Source: Heteronotia binoei
Lineage: Eukaryota
Reading direction: 5' to 3'
Length of the DNA stretch: 64,000 nt
Assembly (NCBI RefSeq): GCF_032191835.1
Contig: NC_083235.1
Location: forward strand, 18,104,001 to 18,168,000
The notes under the pieces were generated by a model that was given only the letters and a program-made list of their open reading frames with translations, did no database searches and had not been told where the DNA came from. A program made the translations under genes and the position numbers. Shown here piece by piece: positions 21,823-35,900 of this stretch (positions are counted from its first letter, which is position 1; each line of letters opens with the position of its first letter).

Positions 21823-22398
21823 TGTCATGATCTGGGGGCCAAAGGTCAGTGGAGGAAGGGGTCAGGGGCTCCAGGACATGGTCTCTCTTGTTGCAGACAG
21901 CATCACCTCAGACTGCAAGTGAAGGGAGATTTAACCACCTGCTTCCCTTTTATTCACACCCTTGCTCCTTTCTCTCTCTGAGTATGCCTTTCAAGTGGAA
22001 TTTCAGGCTTTTCCTCCCCAGCAGGTGCATTTCAGTTGAGTTAAATCCCCAACCCACACCCACCTCCCCCTTCCTCAACCAACCCCCAGACAATATCTGA
22101 CCAAGGGGAGGGACAGACAGGAGCCATCTCAACTGTTTGAGGGTTGTGTAGACTTCACTCCACTCCGATATTCTCTCAGCATTTGGTAGGTGTTCCTCCT
22201 TGAGGCAGTTGGGTCTCAAACCCGGCAGTGGCTTCTCTCCCAGGACACAAAGTTAGGTAGCCCCAAAGGCAGAAGGCAAGGAGGATGGTTCCCTGGAGGA
22301 GTTGTAAGTGCTGGCCGGTTGTTGCATATTTGCAACAGGGGTAGGGGTTGAGGCCGGGGGCTGGTCCAGGGATGTGGTGCCCAGAAAAAGGCATGACA
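21823..22398 (-). mobile_element. Possible solo LTR
   Basis: tgtcatg...catgaca ends and a reverse-strand AATAAA at ~21950, but no matching TSD. Confidence 0.3.
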
Positions 22399-22464
22399 CA
22401 CTTCACACATGCTATAAGGGAGAAAGGAATAGGTTTTGGTACATGCAATAAATATAAAACTATG

Positions 22465-22615
22465 CCCTGACCTGGATAGCTCAGACAAGTCCAATCTCAT
22501 CAGATCTCAGAAGCTAAACAGGGTTGACTCTGCCAAGTACTTGGAAGGGACACCTCCAAAGAATAGCAGAGCCCAGACACAGAAGCAGGCAATAGCAAGC
22601 CTCCTCTCTAAAACA
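22465..22615 (+). mobile_element. 5S-derived SINE (partial)
   Basis: ccaatctcatcagatctcagaagctaaacaggg...tacttggaaggga matches 5S; followed by gcaggcaatagcaagcc. Confidence 0.65.
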
Positions 22616-22714
22616 TCCAAGCCTCATTAGACAGAGAATCATAGACTCATAGAGTTGGAAGGGACCTCCAGAGACATCTAGTCCAAACCCCTGCACAATG
22701 CAGGAAACACACAA

Positions 22715-23128
22715 TTTTTTGTTGTTCAGTCCCACAGTCAAATCCGACTCTTTGTGACCCCATAGACGAAGTCGTGCCATGCCCTCCTGTTTTCTACCAT
22801 CCTCTGAATTCTGCTCAAATTCGTGTTCGTTACATCAGTAATGCTGTCCAGTCATCTCAACTTTTGCTGTCCCCTTCTTCTTTTGCCTTCTGTCTTTCCC
22901 AGCATCAGGAACTTCTCCAGTGACTACTCCCTTCTCATTTGATGGCCAAAATATTCGACCGTCAGCATCTGGCCTTCCAGGGAAATGTCAGGGTTCATTA
23001 CCCTTAGGACTGACTGATTTGATCATCTTGCAGTCCAAGGGACTCTCAAGATTCTTCTCCAGCACCACTGCTCAAAAGCATCTATTCTTCTGCTCCAGGG
23101 CTTCCTTATGGTCCAACTCTCACAGTCA
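22715..23128 (-). mobile_element. RTE-BovB LINE 3' end inserted in a CR1 3' fragment (22632-22714, 23135-23225)
   Basis: gttgttcagtc...ccgactctttgtgaccccat...gcagtccaagggactctcaag...ctccagcaccac are BovB 3' motifs; tail-less copies at 12504-12825 and 29979-30296. Confidence 0.8.
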
Positions 23129-24336
23129 CAACAACTCACAAATACTGCCCCCCCCCCTAAATTCACACAATCTTCATTGCTTTCAGATGGCCACCTAGCC
23201 TCTGTTTAAAAACCTCCACGGAAGTAAACCAGGGCTTCACACGCACAAACGCACACACACAAATAAAGATATTATACAATAATGATGTTAGCACCAGTCT
23301 TCTTATCACCCTTAGAAGGAATGCACACAACATGGTCTTCTCAGATGAGCAGGCTGCCCAGAACTCTAACCAAATGAGTTGCCCATCAGTAATTAAGAAA
23401 ACATATTTCTCTTTGACATGTGAGCCAAAAAGCAGAAATGTATGCTAGTATGAATTCACTTTATTACTCTGTTATACACAGATGCACATAGCCACACATG
23501 AACAAAACAAAACTAGGAAATAAAACCCAAAAGGTAGATGCAAAACAAAATACCGAATTATGAGGGGAAAGGAAATAAAGAATATGTTGACAGGGATGGT
23601 CACAAACCAACTCACAAATGAAAAGTTCATTGTGAATTTCGGGCAGTTCATGGTTCATGAAGCAATGATTGCAAACTGAAGAGCTCGGCCCTCTTTTTTA
23701 CATCTAGCTGGTTAATATTGAATCAATAAAAGGGGCTAATAAATGCTTCCATAAAGAAGTATGGGAGATGAGGTAACTATTGCATACTAACTTGTGTTTT
23801 TCAGAGCACTGTGAAAATAGGATTTACAGTCTCCAAAAATTTTTAAAGAATTCTAAATGTTTAAAGTAGTTAAAAAGTCAATTTGGGTAAACTGGTAATA
23901 AGACAGGCTACACAAACATTTTGTAATCTTAAATCTGCTCCTGATATTTCTGACAAGAGAAACTGTCTTTAACAAAATAGATAAATCACTGTGGTTTCTG
24001 TTTTTGCTTCCTCTCTCTGCTAAAAATAAGTAAATTAATATTAATGATACAGGAACTATATTTACCTTTTATGCTTATGTTAACTGCTAATATTGTTAAA
24101 CCAATTAGTTAGCTTTTATTTTTAATGATGTTAAAATTAACCAGTCAGCTCTGTTTCAGAGTTGGTTCTTCTGCTTTTCTCATTTGTATGTACTTAAGAT
24201 GAAAAGTTTAGATTTATATTATAAGCTACAGAATAGTTAAAAGTATATAACAAAATAAGTGGACTGTAAAGGGCTATAATGGGTAAAATTGTAAGGCTTT
24301 CAGGTAGAAAGAATTTGGTATTTTGTCTTGAGGTAT

Positions 24337-25064
24337 ATTTCGGCCCCTTAGGGCAAGGGCCACGTTTGCCTCCCCGGAAGAAGGGGAGGCCAACAAGCTT
24401 ACCCGCCCATCCGGGGAGCTGGTGGGGGCGGAACGCCAGGGCTTGTAAGCCCTGGTTCCGCCCCAAACAACGCAGCTCCATTTCGGGTCTAGGCCCACCC
24501 TCCCACCCTTTAATAGTACAGGCTTTGCCGGTCGCCGTGTTGTCGGGGCCAGCTAGGAATTTTTTCATCTCAATCGATTGGCCATGATTGGGGTGTTTTT
24601 CACCTACCTTGTACTGTTTGGATTTTGGAGGTGGAATTATCTGGGTTTTAAGTTATTGCTCACTTGGCTGGAGTTGGCTAGGGCTTTTAAGAGCTTCGGT
24701 GAGCACCCCTGGCTTACCCCATTTTGATGGGTAAGTGGTGGGCTGAAACGGCAGCTGGGCTGTACGGCTCTCTGCGGTAAGAGACTGCCACACGGTTCCC
24801 TCCTCTGTATGCACTAGTTTGTTTACGGCTGGGCATGGACAGGGAGGGCATTCACGCCAGGCAGGCCCAACATTAGCCATAGTGAATGGCTCAGGTTGGG
24901 GGCAGGGTGCTTCGCCATTACTGGACAGGGAAGGGTCATGGGTTTCCCTTGGCCTGTCCTGTTAGTTCAGTTTGCCCCATGCCGGTTGATGCAAGTTAAT
25001 AAAGTGGTCCTGTTTATACCCAGATTATGTTTGTTGCCTCGTTATTCCGACTGGGGGGGGGGGC
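24337..25064 (+). mobile_element. Ngaro-related solo A-spacer-B remnant (copy 2)
   Basis: Near-identical to 14031-14758. Confidence 0.75.
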
Positions 25065-25437
25065 AAATACTGCTTCTCTTTGTATTTTTGTTTATGTTTT
25101 TCTATTTTGTTTCCCTTCACTTTTTTGCTTCTGTAACCCTGCATTTCCTATCCTTTTTATATTCAAACTTAATAAAATTTTAAAACAAATTTCCACAAAT
25201 TTTAAAGCAGTTTGTGGGGGTTTATGAAGAGCAGAAAATGGCAGTAAGCCATTTAAACCTCTGCTTTTTTGCTCTTTACAAAAACTGGGGTTAAAATTGC
25301 TCCAAGCCATTTAACCTCCAGCTTTCTCCTCCACACAAAAATGACCCCTAAGTAGGACGATTCCAGAACCCCATCCTGGTCTTGCAAAAGAGAATTTACT
25401 TGATATACTTTTCACTTTAAAAAAAATTAAGTGAATG

Positions 25438-25796
25438 CTCGCGCCAATGGGCTTAACATGTTGATAACGAGCGTCTTCACACTTCTGTTCCCCTTTGCCT
25501 TCATCCTGCTGACCTATGGGCGCATTGGTCTAGCTGTCCTGCACATTCACTCAGCTGAAGGCCGGGGCAAAGCTTTATCCACTTGTGGCTCTCATCTGGA
25601 TTCCGTGGGCATCTTCTATAGCACCGCCATGGCTGCATACCTGAGGGCTCAGGACAAGACTTTCAGACAGGGAAAAAGTAGTGTCTATCTTTTATGGGTT
25701 GTGACCCCAATGCTCAACCCCTTCATCTACAGCCTGAGGAACAGGGATGTGAAGGGAGCCTTTTGGAGGCTGATTGGGAGGGAAACATAGAAGTAA
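25438..25796 (+). pseudogene. 5'-truncated OR pseudogene fragment, copy 2
   Basis: Same translation and lesions as 15132-15490. Confidence 0.92.
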
Positions 25797-28700
25797 ACCA
25801 CTTGTGGACTCATTGTCTATACCAAGGGTGGCCAAACATACTTCTCATAAGAGCCACACTGAATAAACCTCAGATGTTTGAGAGCCACAAAACATGAACA
25901 TCAGATGTTTGTGAGTCACAAGACAGGAAGGAAGGAGGGAGGAAGAGAGAGATGGAAAGAAAGGAACTTTAAGTTTAAATGCATTCTCCAAGCCACCAGC
26001 TGCCTTGGCTTGGAGGAGTGATTTAAAGAGAGAAATGCCTTCTACAAACTAACTGATGGGGCAGTGGGGGCTTCGAGAGCCACACAATATGCGTGAAATA
26101 GCCACATGTGGCTCTCGAGCCACAGTTCAGCTACCCTGGTCTATACTGATATCCTCTTAGAATGAATATGTCTAGCCATGTTTCTGTGTGTGACTTCAAT
26201 GAACATGGTATGTTATTAATATCACGTTATCAGTGTACATTAATTTTTGCATAATAAATATATACATGAATGAAGCAGATAGGTTTCCTTCTTTTTCTTG
26301 GTTGAAAGGCAAAATCCAATTTGTTGTCAGTGCTTGCAATAACTTTGCTGACACTGAATTCAGAGGTATTGCAAGGGCAAAAGGTACCCTTTGGGGAGGA
26401 AGCAGGATGTGTGTGTGTGCAGATGAACTCTGATTCATGAATTTCTGGCTTGGAGTGCATGCTCACAAGCCCTCTGCTTCTTCTCAAAAGGACTCAATGG
26501 GATCCTTTAAATGCTTTCAAGAAGAAGCGAGGATAGCACCCGCCCCTCTCCCTCCAGCAGGATCCAAAGGGCTCTCTAGATGACCAATGGGCTACATGCT
26601 CCCTGTCTATCAACTGAAGGACCCCTCACATCTTGCCGGAGGGGAGGGAGAGGAGCAGCCGCAGGTGGTCAGGGTTGGGGGCAGGACTTCTCCCCACATG
26701 ACAGCCGACTGGAGGTGCATTGGAGCCCCCAACACCAGGGGAACCCCACTGGGAGTAGAAGGATGGTAATCCTAGGAAGGCCTAGGCCTCTGCCCTGTTG
26801 TTGGCTCTCCAGACGAACTGGCTGGCCACTGTGTGAGACAAGATGCTGGACTAGATGGCCCACTGGTCTGATCCAGCAGGGCTCTTCTGATGTCCTTATG
26901 AAGGCCTTGACCTTCAACACTTCATCATTCTGATGTTCTTATGGAGGCTTTGCCCTTCATCACTTTATCAAAGTGTTGGTCCTGTGTGAATTTCTGCTGA
27001 TGGGAGGGGGGTTTCATGCCCTTCTCCCACTGAAGCCTTCCAGTTCCTCCCCTGTGTTCCTGGAGGTTCCCTGTCCATGAGGAAAAGTGCTGAAATGTTA
27101 TTGGGAATTATAATTCTAGGAGGGAAAGAAGATGAAGATAATAGCCTGATAATAACAATCTGGGGGTGGGGGGAGGGGGGAGAAGGCATGCTAAAAAAGG
27201 CATTTCAAGCCAGGAACTGGAGTAAATCCCTTTACCAACTTTTGGATTTTTAAGATATCTAAAGAAATGTTCTCATTAACTAGTTCAATCTGAAGTGATG
27301 CAACGTCAAGTTTACAATTTGAGCTTCTGCTCTCCTTGTCATGGCTAATTGTCTCCATGGGATGTTGTCTTCTGGGCTCCCAAAGACAATTATGATCTTC
27401 AGGATGGAATCTTTTAAAATGTTCATGGATAGACTATAACTGCTTTGGTGAAACCATTCTAGATTTTGCATGCTGCAATGAAAGAGAAGATAAAGTGAGT
27501 CATGAGGTATCTTCATTTTTTCAAATTCCAGAATATAAAACCCATTCACATTTTTTTCAGAACCTATTCTAGAGTGTTTGAGTTCATTCACAGTTGCATT
27601 GGATGGATTTGCAAAAAAACTATTAACATTCCATGTTAGGAGTGGTCCTTGAAAGGGGATTAAATATTGAACCATGAGCAAAGGAGGTGTAGTTCCACTG
27701 AGCTATACTTTTTATTTTTTTCATGAGAAAGACGTTAAGCTATGGCCCAGTTTCTAGTGGAACATGAGAAAAGTGCAGCTGCATCCCTAACACCACCAGT
27801 CAAAATGATCTGGTGGTAGGTGATCGGAAAGACTTTTGGCAATTAACCCAAAGAGGACAACACTAACCTTGACAGACTCTCAGGCAGCTTCGCATTGTTA
27901 TGCTCTTAATTTGTGGATGTGAGACGGATTTAAGAGGTGTCATGTATTTGACGGAGACACCGATTCCCAGATCTTTGGTTATCATCGAATTCCTACTGTG
28001 GTTCTTATTCCTCCATCTAATACATGACAACATACAGAGAAACTCGTACATTATCTTTTGGTATGAACCTTTCCCCCCCAGAAAATTATACAAACACTTG
28101 GGGATAATAATCGAGTGTTTTGTGTCATATTCACTCTTGCTGAGAAATGTTAACTAAACTTAATGGATATGAAGGAAACACTTTCTCCTCAGTTAGTTTT
28201 TAAAAAGTTGTTATAGAAGTATAAGGGGAGAGTGGACTTGGAGATACAAACCCATAGCTATACAGTTTTTTCCTTGGGAAGAAACCTCACTAAATACAAT
28301 GGGTCTTCTTTGTTTCCAGCAAGTGTGAGAAGGATCACAACACAAAATCCCATCTGCACCTCAAAGAAAACCCTGTTGAACTGAGCGGGACTTAAGTAAG
28401 ATTGAACGGCATCTATAGATTCAATGTAGAACTTCTAGTGTGGTTGGAAAATCATTATGTTAATGTTTGTATTATAATGATGGAGAGTGGGAAGATTGAA
28501 TGTTATCACAAAGAAAGCATTCGGCAGGGGAAACAGTACAGATGTCTTTGAGGTTTATTAAATGAAACAAGATCTGTAATGTGGACTTCCATCGTGAACA
28601 TCTGAATGGCTTTGTCTCCAAACCAAGCTGCTACTTCAGTTGCATCTAGATCAAGCCCACGGCACTAGATGACTGGAAACGCCCATTGCTTGTACATAGA

Positions 28701-31504
28701 TGATTAACCAAAGGGGAAAGCACAGCCCAACCTATGAGTTCTGCAGTACTAGAACAAATTTCCACCTATTTCAGTATTCTGTTTCCAGTAGTGGCTAGCA
28801 AAAACTAACTTACCTTTTCAGGAAGGACAGAACCAGATAAAGACTTGGAAGCGATTGGATACACTTCAGAGATAAATTCAAAATTTTTGGAAGTGTCTGC
28901 TCCAGGGCTGGTGTCCAGATCTTCAGACCATGAGACTTTGTTACGTGTCATAGCTAATACTTATGGATAGATCCGTTCTATATGTTCTACACCCCTGTTA
29001 AAAATTATCCTCTTTCTCTGCTTCTGAAATTTCAGGAGTTCCTGTCAGAGAAGCTGATTTCCTTTTGCCCTAAGAGGGTACCAGCCTTGCTATCATAGAA
29101 TATTGGCCCTATTGTGGTTCTACAAGACTTGGGGTTTCCTTCCCCCTCCCGTACCCTTACAGCTATTCACATGAGTGTGTTCCACTACTGTATGAGTTTT
29201 TCTTTGACCTGGCACTTTGGTGCAAACTGTTGCAGGGATAGCGCTGTGGTGAAACTCCATCATAAAAGGACTGCAGAATGTTTCTGTCAATCTTCAAAAC
29301 CAACAAGGTCAGTGGTTTCGTTATAATAATCAAATGTCAACAGTATTTAGAAATAGACATCGAAAACATGTGAATATCCAGAGGAATCTTAGGATAGGGG
29401 GATGTAGTCAAATTGGACACTTTGGACTGTCTGATCCAAGTGCTGTGGAAAGAGACTTCATCTCTGCTCTTGGTGGATGCCTGTTTCTTCAGGTTGACCA
29501 GTGTGGGGAACAGCCTTAGAATCATAGAATTGGAAGGGACTTCCAGGGTCATCTAGTTCACCGTCCAACCCCATGCAAAATTCAGGAAATTCACAAATGC
29601 CTTTCCCACACACCCCCAGTGACACCTGCTCCGTGGCCAGACTCATGCCCAGTCTTGATCAAAAGCTTAGTAAATGTTTTGATGCGGAGCAAGAGACCAA
29701 GAAAGAGCTGCCAAGTTAGCTGCTAAGTTTCCCTGAAGCCAGGGCAGAAGGGCACAAGATCAGTGAACCCATTGGTTAGGCTATCGGGGTGCTAGCTCTC
29801 ATCTACCTATAACAATTCATTATTAATAATCAGTTAAAATAATTAATGAAGCCTTCATTAATCCAGTTGTGGTGTTTAAGTCTTTCTTTTGTGGTAGGGG
29901 ATCCATTAGTTTGCAATGCGGTCATGAAAAACAGATAAGTGCAAGTGTGCAAAATCGCTAAATATCATGTGTTGCTTTCTGCTCAAATTCGTGTTCGTTA
30001 CATCAGTAATGCTGTCCAGTCATCTCAACTTTTGCTGTCCCCTTCTTCTTTTGCCTTCTGTCTTTCCCAGCATCAGGAACTTCTCCAGTGACTACTCCCT
30101 TCTCATTTGATGGCCAAAATATTCGACCGTCAGCATCTGGCCTTCCAGGGAAATGTCAGGGTTCATTACCCTTAGGACTGACTGATTTGATCATCTTGCA
30201 GTCCAAGGGACTCTCAAGATTCTTCTCCAGCACCACTGCTCAAAAGCATCTATTCTTCTGCTCCAGGGCTTCCTTATGGTCCAACTCTCACAGTCACAAC
30301 AACTCACAAATACTGCCCCCCCCCCTAAATTCACACAATCTTCATTGCTTTCAGATGGCCACCTAGCCTCTGTTTAAAAACCTCCACGGAAGTAAACCAG
30401 GGCTTCACACGCACAAACGCACACACACAAATAAAGATATTATACAATAATGATGTTAGCACCAGTCTTCTTATCACCCTTAGAAGGAATGCACACAACA
30501 TGGTCTTCTCAGATGAGCAGGCTGCCCAGAACTCTAACCAAATGAGTTGCCCATCAGTAATTAAGAAAACATATTTCTCTTTGACATGTGAGCCAAAAAG
30601 CAGAAATGTATGCTAGTATGAATTCACTTTATTACTCTGTTATACACAGATGCACATAGCCACACATGAACAAAACAAAACTAGGAAATAAAACCCAAAA
30701 GGTAGATGCAAAACAAAATACCGAATTATGAGGGGAAAGGAAATAAAGAATATGTTGACAGGGATGGTCACAAACCAACTCACAAATGAAAAGTTCATTG
30801 TGAATTTCGGGCAGTTCATGGTTCATGAAGCAATGATTGCAAACTGAAGAGCTCGGCCCTCTTTTTTACATCTAGCTGGTTAATATTGAATCAATAAAAG
30901 GGGCTAATAAATGCTTCCATAAAGAAGTATGGGAGATGAGGTAACTATTGCATACTAACTTGTGTTTTTCAGAGCACTGTGAAAATAGGATTTACAGTCT
31001 CCAAAAATTTTTAAAGAATTCTAAATGTTTAAAGTAGTTAAAAAGTCAATTTGGGTAAACTGGTAATAAGACAGGCTACACAAACATTTTGTAATCTTAA
31101 ATCTGCTCCTGATATTTCTGACAAGAGAAACTGTCTTTAACAAAATAGATAAATCACTGTGGTTTCTGTTTTTGCTTCCTCTCTCTGCTAAAAATAAGTA
31201 AATTAATATTAATGATACAGGAACTATATTTACCTTTTATGCTTATGTTAACTGCTAATATTGTTAAACCAATTAGTTAGCTTTTATTTTTAATGATGTT
31301 AAAATTAACCAGTCAGCTCTGTTTCAGAGTTGGTTCTTCTGCTTTTCTCATTTGTATGTACTTAAGATGAAAAGTTTAGATTTATATTATAAGCTACAGA
31401 ATAGTTAAAAGTATATAACAAAATAAGTGGACTGTAAAGGGCTATAATGGGTAAAATTGTAAGGCTTTCAGGTAGAAAGAATTTGGTATTTTGTCTTGAG
31501 GTAT

Positions 31505-32231
31505 ATTTCGGCCCCTTAGGGCAAGGGCCACGTTTGCCTCCCCGGAAGAAGGGGAGGCCAACAAGCTTACCCGCCCATCCGGGGAGCTGGTGGGGGCGGA
31601 ACGCCAGGGCTTGTAAGCCCTGGTTCCGCCCCAAACAACGCAGCTCCATTTCGGGTCTAGGCCCACCCTCCCACCCTTTAATAGTACAGGCTTTGCCGGT
31701 CGCCGTGTTGTCGGGGCCAGCTAGGAATTTTTTCATCTCAATCGATTGGCCATGATTGGGGTGTTTTTCACCTACCTTGTACTGTTTGGATTTTGGAGGT
31801 GGAATTATCTGGGTTTTAAGTTATTGCTCACTTGGCTGGAGTTGGCTAGGGCTTTTAAGAGCTTCGGTGAGCACCCCTGGCTTACCCCATTTTGATGGGT
31901 AAGTGGTGGGCTGAAACGGCAGCTGGGCTGTACGGCTCTCTGCGGTAAGAGACTGCCACACGGTTCCCTCCTCTGTATGCACTAGTTTGTTTACGGCTGG
32001 GCATGGACAGGGAGGGCATTCACGCCAGGCAGGCCCAACATTAGCCATAGTGAATGGCTCAGGTTGGGGGCAGGGTGCTTCGCCATTACTGGACAGGGAA
32101 GGGTCATGGGTTTCCCTTGGCCTGTCCTGTTAGTTCAGTTTGCCCCATGCCGGTTGATGCAAGTTAATAAAGTGGTCCTGTTTATACCCAGATTATGTTT
32201 GTTGCCTCGTTATTCCGACTGGGGGGGGGGC
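31505..32231 (+). mobile_element. Ngaro-related solo A-spacer-B remnant (copy 3)
   Basis: Near-identical to copies 1 and 2; terminal G run one base shorter. Confidence 0.75.
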
Positions 32232-32604
32232 AAATACTGCTTCTCTTTGTATTTTTGTTTATGTTTTTCTATTTTGTTTCCCTTCACTTTTTTGCTTCTG
32301 TAACCCTGCATTTCCTATCCTTTTTATATTCAAACTTAATAAAATTTTAAAACAAATTTCCACAAATTTTAAAGCAGTTTGTGGGGGTTTATGAAGAGCA
32401 GAAAATGGCAGTAAGCCATTTAAACCTCTGCTTTTTTGCTCTTTACAAAAACTGGGGTTAAAATTGCTCCAAGCCATTTAACCTCCAGCTTTCTCCTCCA
32501 CACAAAAATGACCCCTAAGTAGGACGATTCCAGAACCCCATCCTGGTCTTGCAAAAGAGAATTTACTTGATATACTTTTCACTTTAAAAAAAATTAAGTG
32601 AATG

Positions 32605-32963
32605 CTCGCGCCAATGGGCTTAACATGTTGATAACGAGCGTCTTCACACTTCTGTTCCCCTTTGCCTTCATCCTGCTGACCTATGGGCGCATTGGTCTAG
32701 CTGTCCTGCACATTCACTCAGCTGAAGGCCGGGGCAAAGCTTTATCCACTTGTGGCTCTCATCTGGATTCCGTGGGCATCTTCTATAGCACCGCCATGGC
32801 TGCATACCTGAGGGCTCAGGACAAGACTTTCAGACAGGGAAAAAGTAGTGTCTATCTTTTATGGGTTGTGACCCCAATGCTCAACCCCTTCATCTACAGC
32901 CTGAGGAACAGGGATGTGAAGGGAGCCTTTTGGAGGCTGATTGGGAGGGAAACATAGAAGTAA
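32605..32963 (+). pseudogene. 5'-truncated OR pseudogene fragment, copy 3
   Basis: Same translation and lesions as copies 1 and 2. Confidence 0.92.
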
Positions 32964-35900
32964 ACCACTTGTGGACTCATTGTCTATACCAAGGGTGGCC
33001 AAACATACTTCTCATAAGAGCCACACTGAATAAACCTCAGATGTTTGAGAGCCACAAAACATGAACATCAGATGTTTGTGAGTCACAAGACAGGAAGGAA
33101 GGAGGGAGGAAGAGAGAGATGGAAAGAAAGGAACTTTAAGTTTAAATGCATTCTCCAAGCCACCAGCTGCCTTGGCTTGGAGGAGTGATTTAAAGAGAGA
33201 AATGCCTTCTACAAACTAACTGATGGGGCAGTGGGGGCTTCGAGAGCCACACAATATGCGTGAAATAGCCACATGTGGCTCTCGAGCCACAGTTCAGCTA
33301 CCCTGGTCTATACTGATATCCTCTTAGAATGAATATGTCTAGCCATGTTTCTGTGTGTGACTTCAATGAACATGGTATGTTATTAATATCACGTTATCAG
33401 TGTACATTAATTTTTGCATAATAAATATATACATGAATGAAGCAGATAGGTTTCCTTCTTTTTCTTGGTTGAAAGGCAAAATCCAATTTGTTGTCAGTGC
33501 TTGCAATAACTTTGCTGACACTGAATTCAGAGGTATTGCAAGGGCAAAAGGTACCCTTTGGGGAGGAAGCAGGATGTGTGTGTGTGCAGATGAACTCTGA
33601 TTCATGAATTTCTGGCTTGGAGTGCATGCTCACAAGCCCTCTGCTTCTTCTCAAAAGGACTCAATGGGATCCTTTAAATGCTTTCAAGAAGAAGCGAGGA
33701 TAGCACCCGCCCCTCTCCCTCCAGCAGGATCCAAAGGGCTCTCTAGATGACCAATGGGCTACATGCTCCCTGTCTATCAACTGAAGGACCCCTCACATCT
33801 TGCCGGAGGGGAGGGAGAGGAGCAGCCGCAGGTGGTCAGGGTTGGGGGCAGGACTTCTCCCCACATGACAGCCGACTGGAGGTGCATTGGAGCCCCCAAC
33901 ACCAGGGGAACCCCACTGGGAGTAGAAGGATGGTAATCCTAGGAAGGCCTAGGCCTCTGCCCTGTTGTTGGCTCTCCAGACGAACTGGCTGGCCACTGTG
34001 TGAGACAAGATGCTGGACTAGATGGCCCACTGGTCTGATCCAGCAGGGCTCTTCTGATGTCCTTATGAAGGCCTTGACCTTCAACACTTCATCATTCTGA
34101 TGTTCTTATGGAGGCTTTGCCCTTCATCACTTTATCAAAGTGTTGGTCCTGTGTGAATTTCTGCTGATGGGAGGGGGGTTTCATGCCCTTCTCCCACTGA
34201 AGCCTTCCAGTTCCTCCCCTGTGTTCCTGGAGGTTCCCTGTCCATGAGGAAAAGTGCTGAAATGTTATTGGGAATTATAATTCTAGGAGGGAAAGAAGAT
34301 GAAGATAATAGCCTGATAATAACAATCTGGGGGTGGGGGGAGGGGGGAGAAGGCATGCTAAAAAAGGCATTTCAAGCCAGGAACTGGAGTAAATCCCTTT
34401 ACCAACTTTTGGATTTTTAAGATATCTAAAGAAATGTTCTCATTAACTAGTTCAATCTGAAGTGATGCAACGTCAAGTTTACAATTTGAGCTTCTGCTCT
34501 CCTTGTCATGGCTAATTGTCTCCATGGGATGTTGTCTTCTGGGCTCCCAAAGACAATTATGATCTTCAGGATGGAATCTTTTAAAATGTTCATGGATAGA
34601 CTATAACTGCTTTGGTGAAACTGCTTTCATTTTTTTAAATTCCAGAATATAAAACCCATTCACATTTTTTTTCAGAACATATTCTAGAGTGTTTGAGTTC
34701 ATTCACAGTTGCATTGGAAGGATTTGCAAAAAAATATTAACATTCCAAGTTAGGACTGGTCCTTGAAAGGGGATTAAATATTGAACCATGAGCAAAGGAG
34801 GTGTAGTTCCACTGATCTATACTTTTTCATTTTTTCATGAGAAAGACATTAAGCTATGGCCCAGTGAGAAAAGTGCAGCTGCATCCCTAACACCACCAGT
34901 CAAAATGATCTGGTGGTAGGAGATTGGAAAGACTTTTGGCAATTAACCCAAAGAGGACAACACTAACCTTGACAGACTCTCAGGGAGCTTCGCATTGTTA
35001 TGCTCTTAATTTGTGGATGTGAGATCGATTTAAGAGGTGTCATGTATTTGATGGAAACACCGATTCCCAAATCTTTGGTTATCATCGAATTCCTAGTGTG
35101 GTTCTTATTCTTCCATCTAATACATGTCAACGTACAGAGAAACTCGTATATTCTCTTTTGGTATGAACCTTTCCCCCCAGAAAATTATAGCAAACACTTG
35201 GCGATAATAATCGAGTGTTTTGTGTCATATTCACTCCTGCTGAGAAATGTTAACTAAACTTAATGGATATGAAGGAAACATTTTCTCCTCAGCTAGTTTT
35301 TAAAAAGTTGTTATAGAAGTATGAGGAGAGAGTGGACTTGGAGACACAAACCAATAGCTATACAGTTTTTTCCTTGGGAAAAAGCCTCACTAAATACAGT
35401 GGGTTTTCTTTTTTTCCAGCAAGTGTGATCAGGATCACAACAGAAAATCCCATCTGCACCTCAAAGAAAACCCTGTTGAACTGAGAGGGACTTAAGTAAG
35501 ATTGAACGGCATCTATAGATTCAATGTAGAACTTCTAGTGTGGTTGGGAAATCATTACATTAATGTTTGTATTATAGTGATGGAGAGTGGAAAGACTGAA
35601 TGTTATCACAAAGAAAGCATTCAGCAGGGGAAACAGTACAAATGTCTTTGAGGTTTATTAAATGAAACAAGATCTGCAATGTGGACTTCCATCGTGAACA
35701 TCTGAATGGCTTTGTCTCCAAACCAAGCTGCTACTTCAGTTGCATCTAGATCAAGCCCACGGCACTAGATGACTGGAAACACCCATTGCTTGTACATAGA
35801 TGATTAACCAAAGGGGAAAGCACAGTCCAACCTTTGAGTTCTGCAGTACCAGACCAAATTTCCACCTATTTCAGTATTCTGTTTCCAGTAGTGGCCAGCA

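Larger units (their letters stand above)
22811..29978 (+). repeat. Tandem unit copy II (7168 bp)
   Basis: Constant 7168 offset to copy III (24194 vs 31362). Confidence 0.93.
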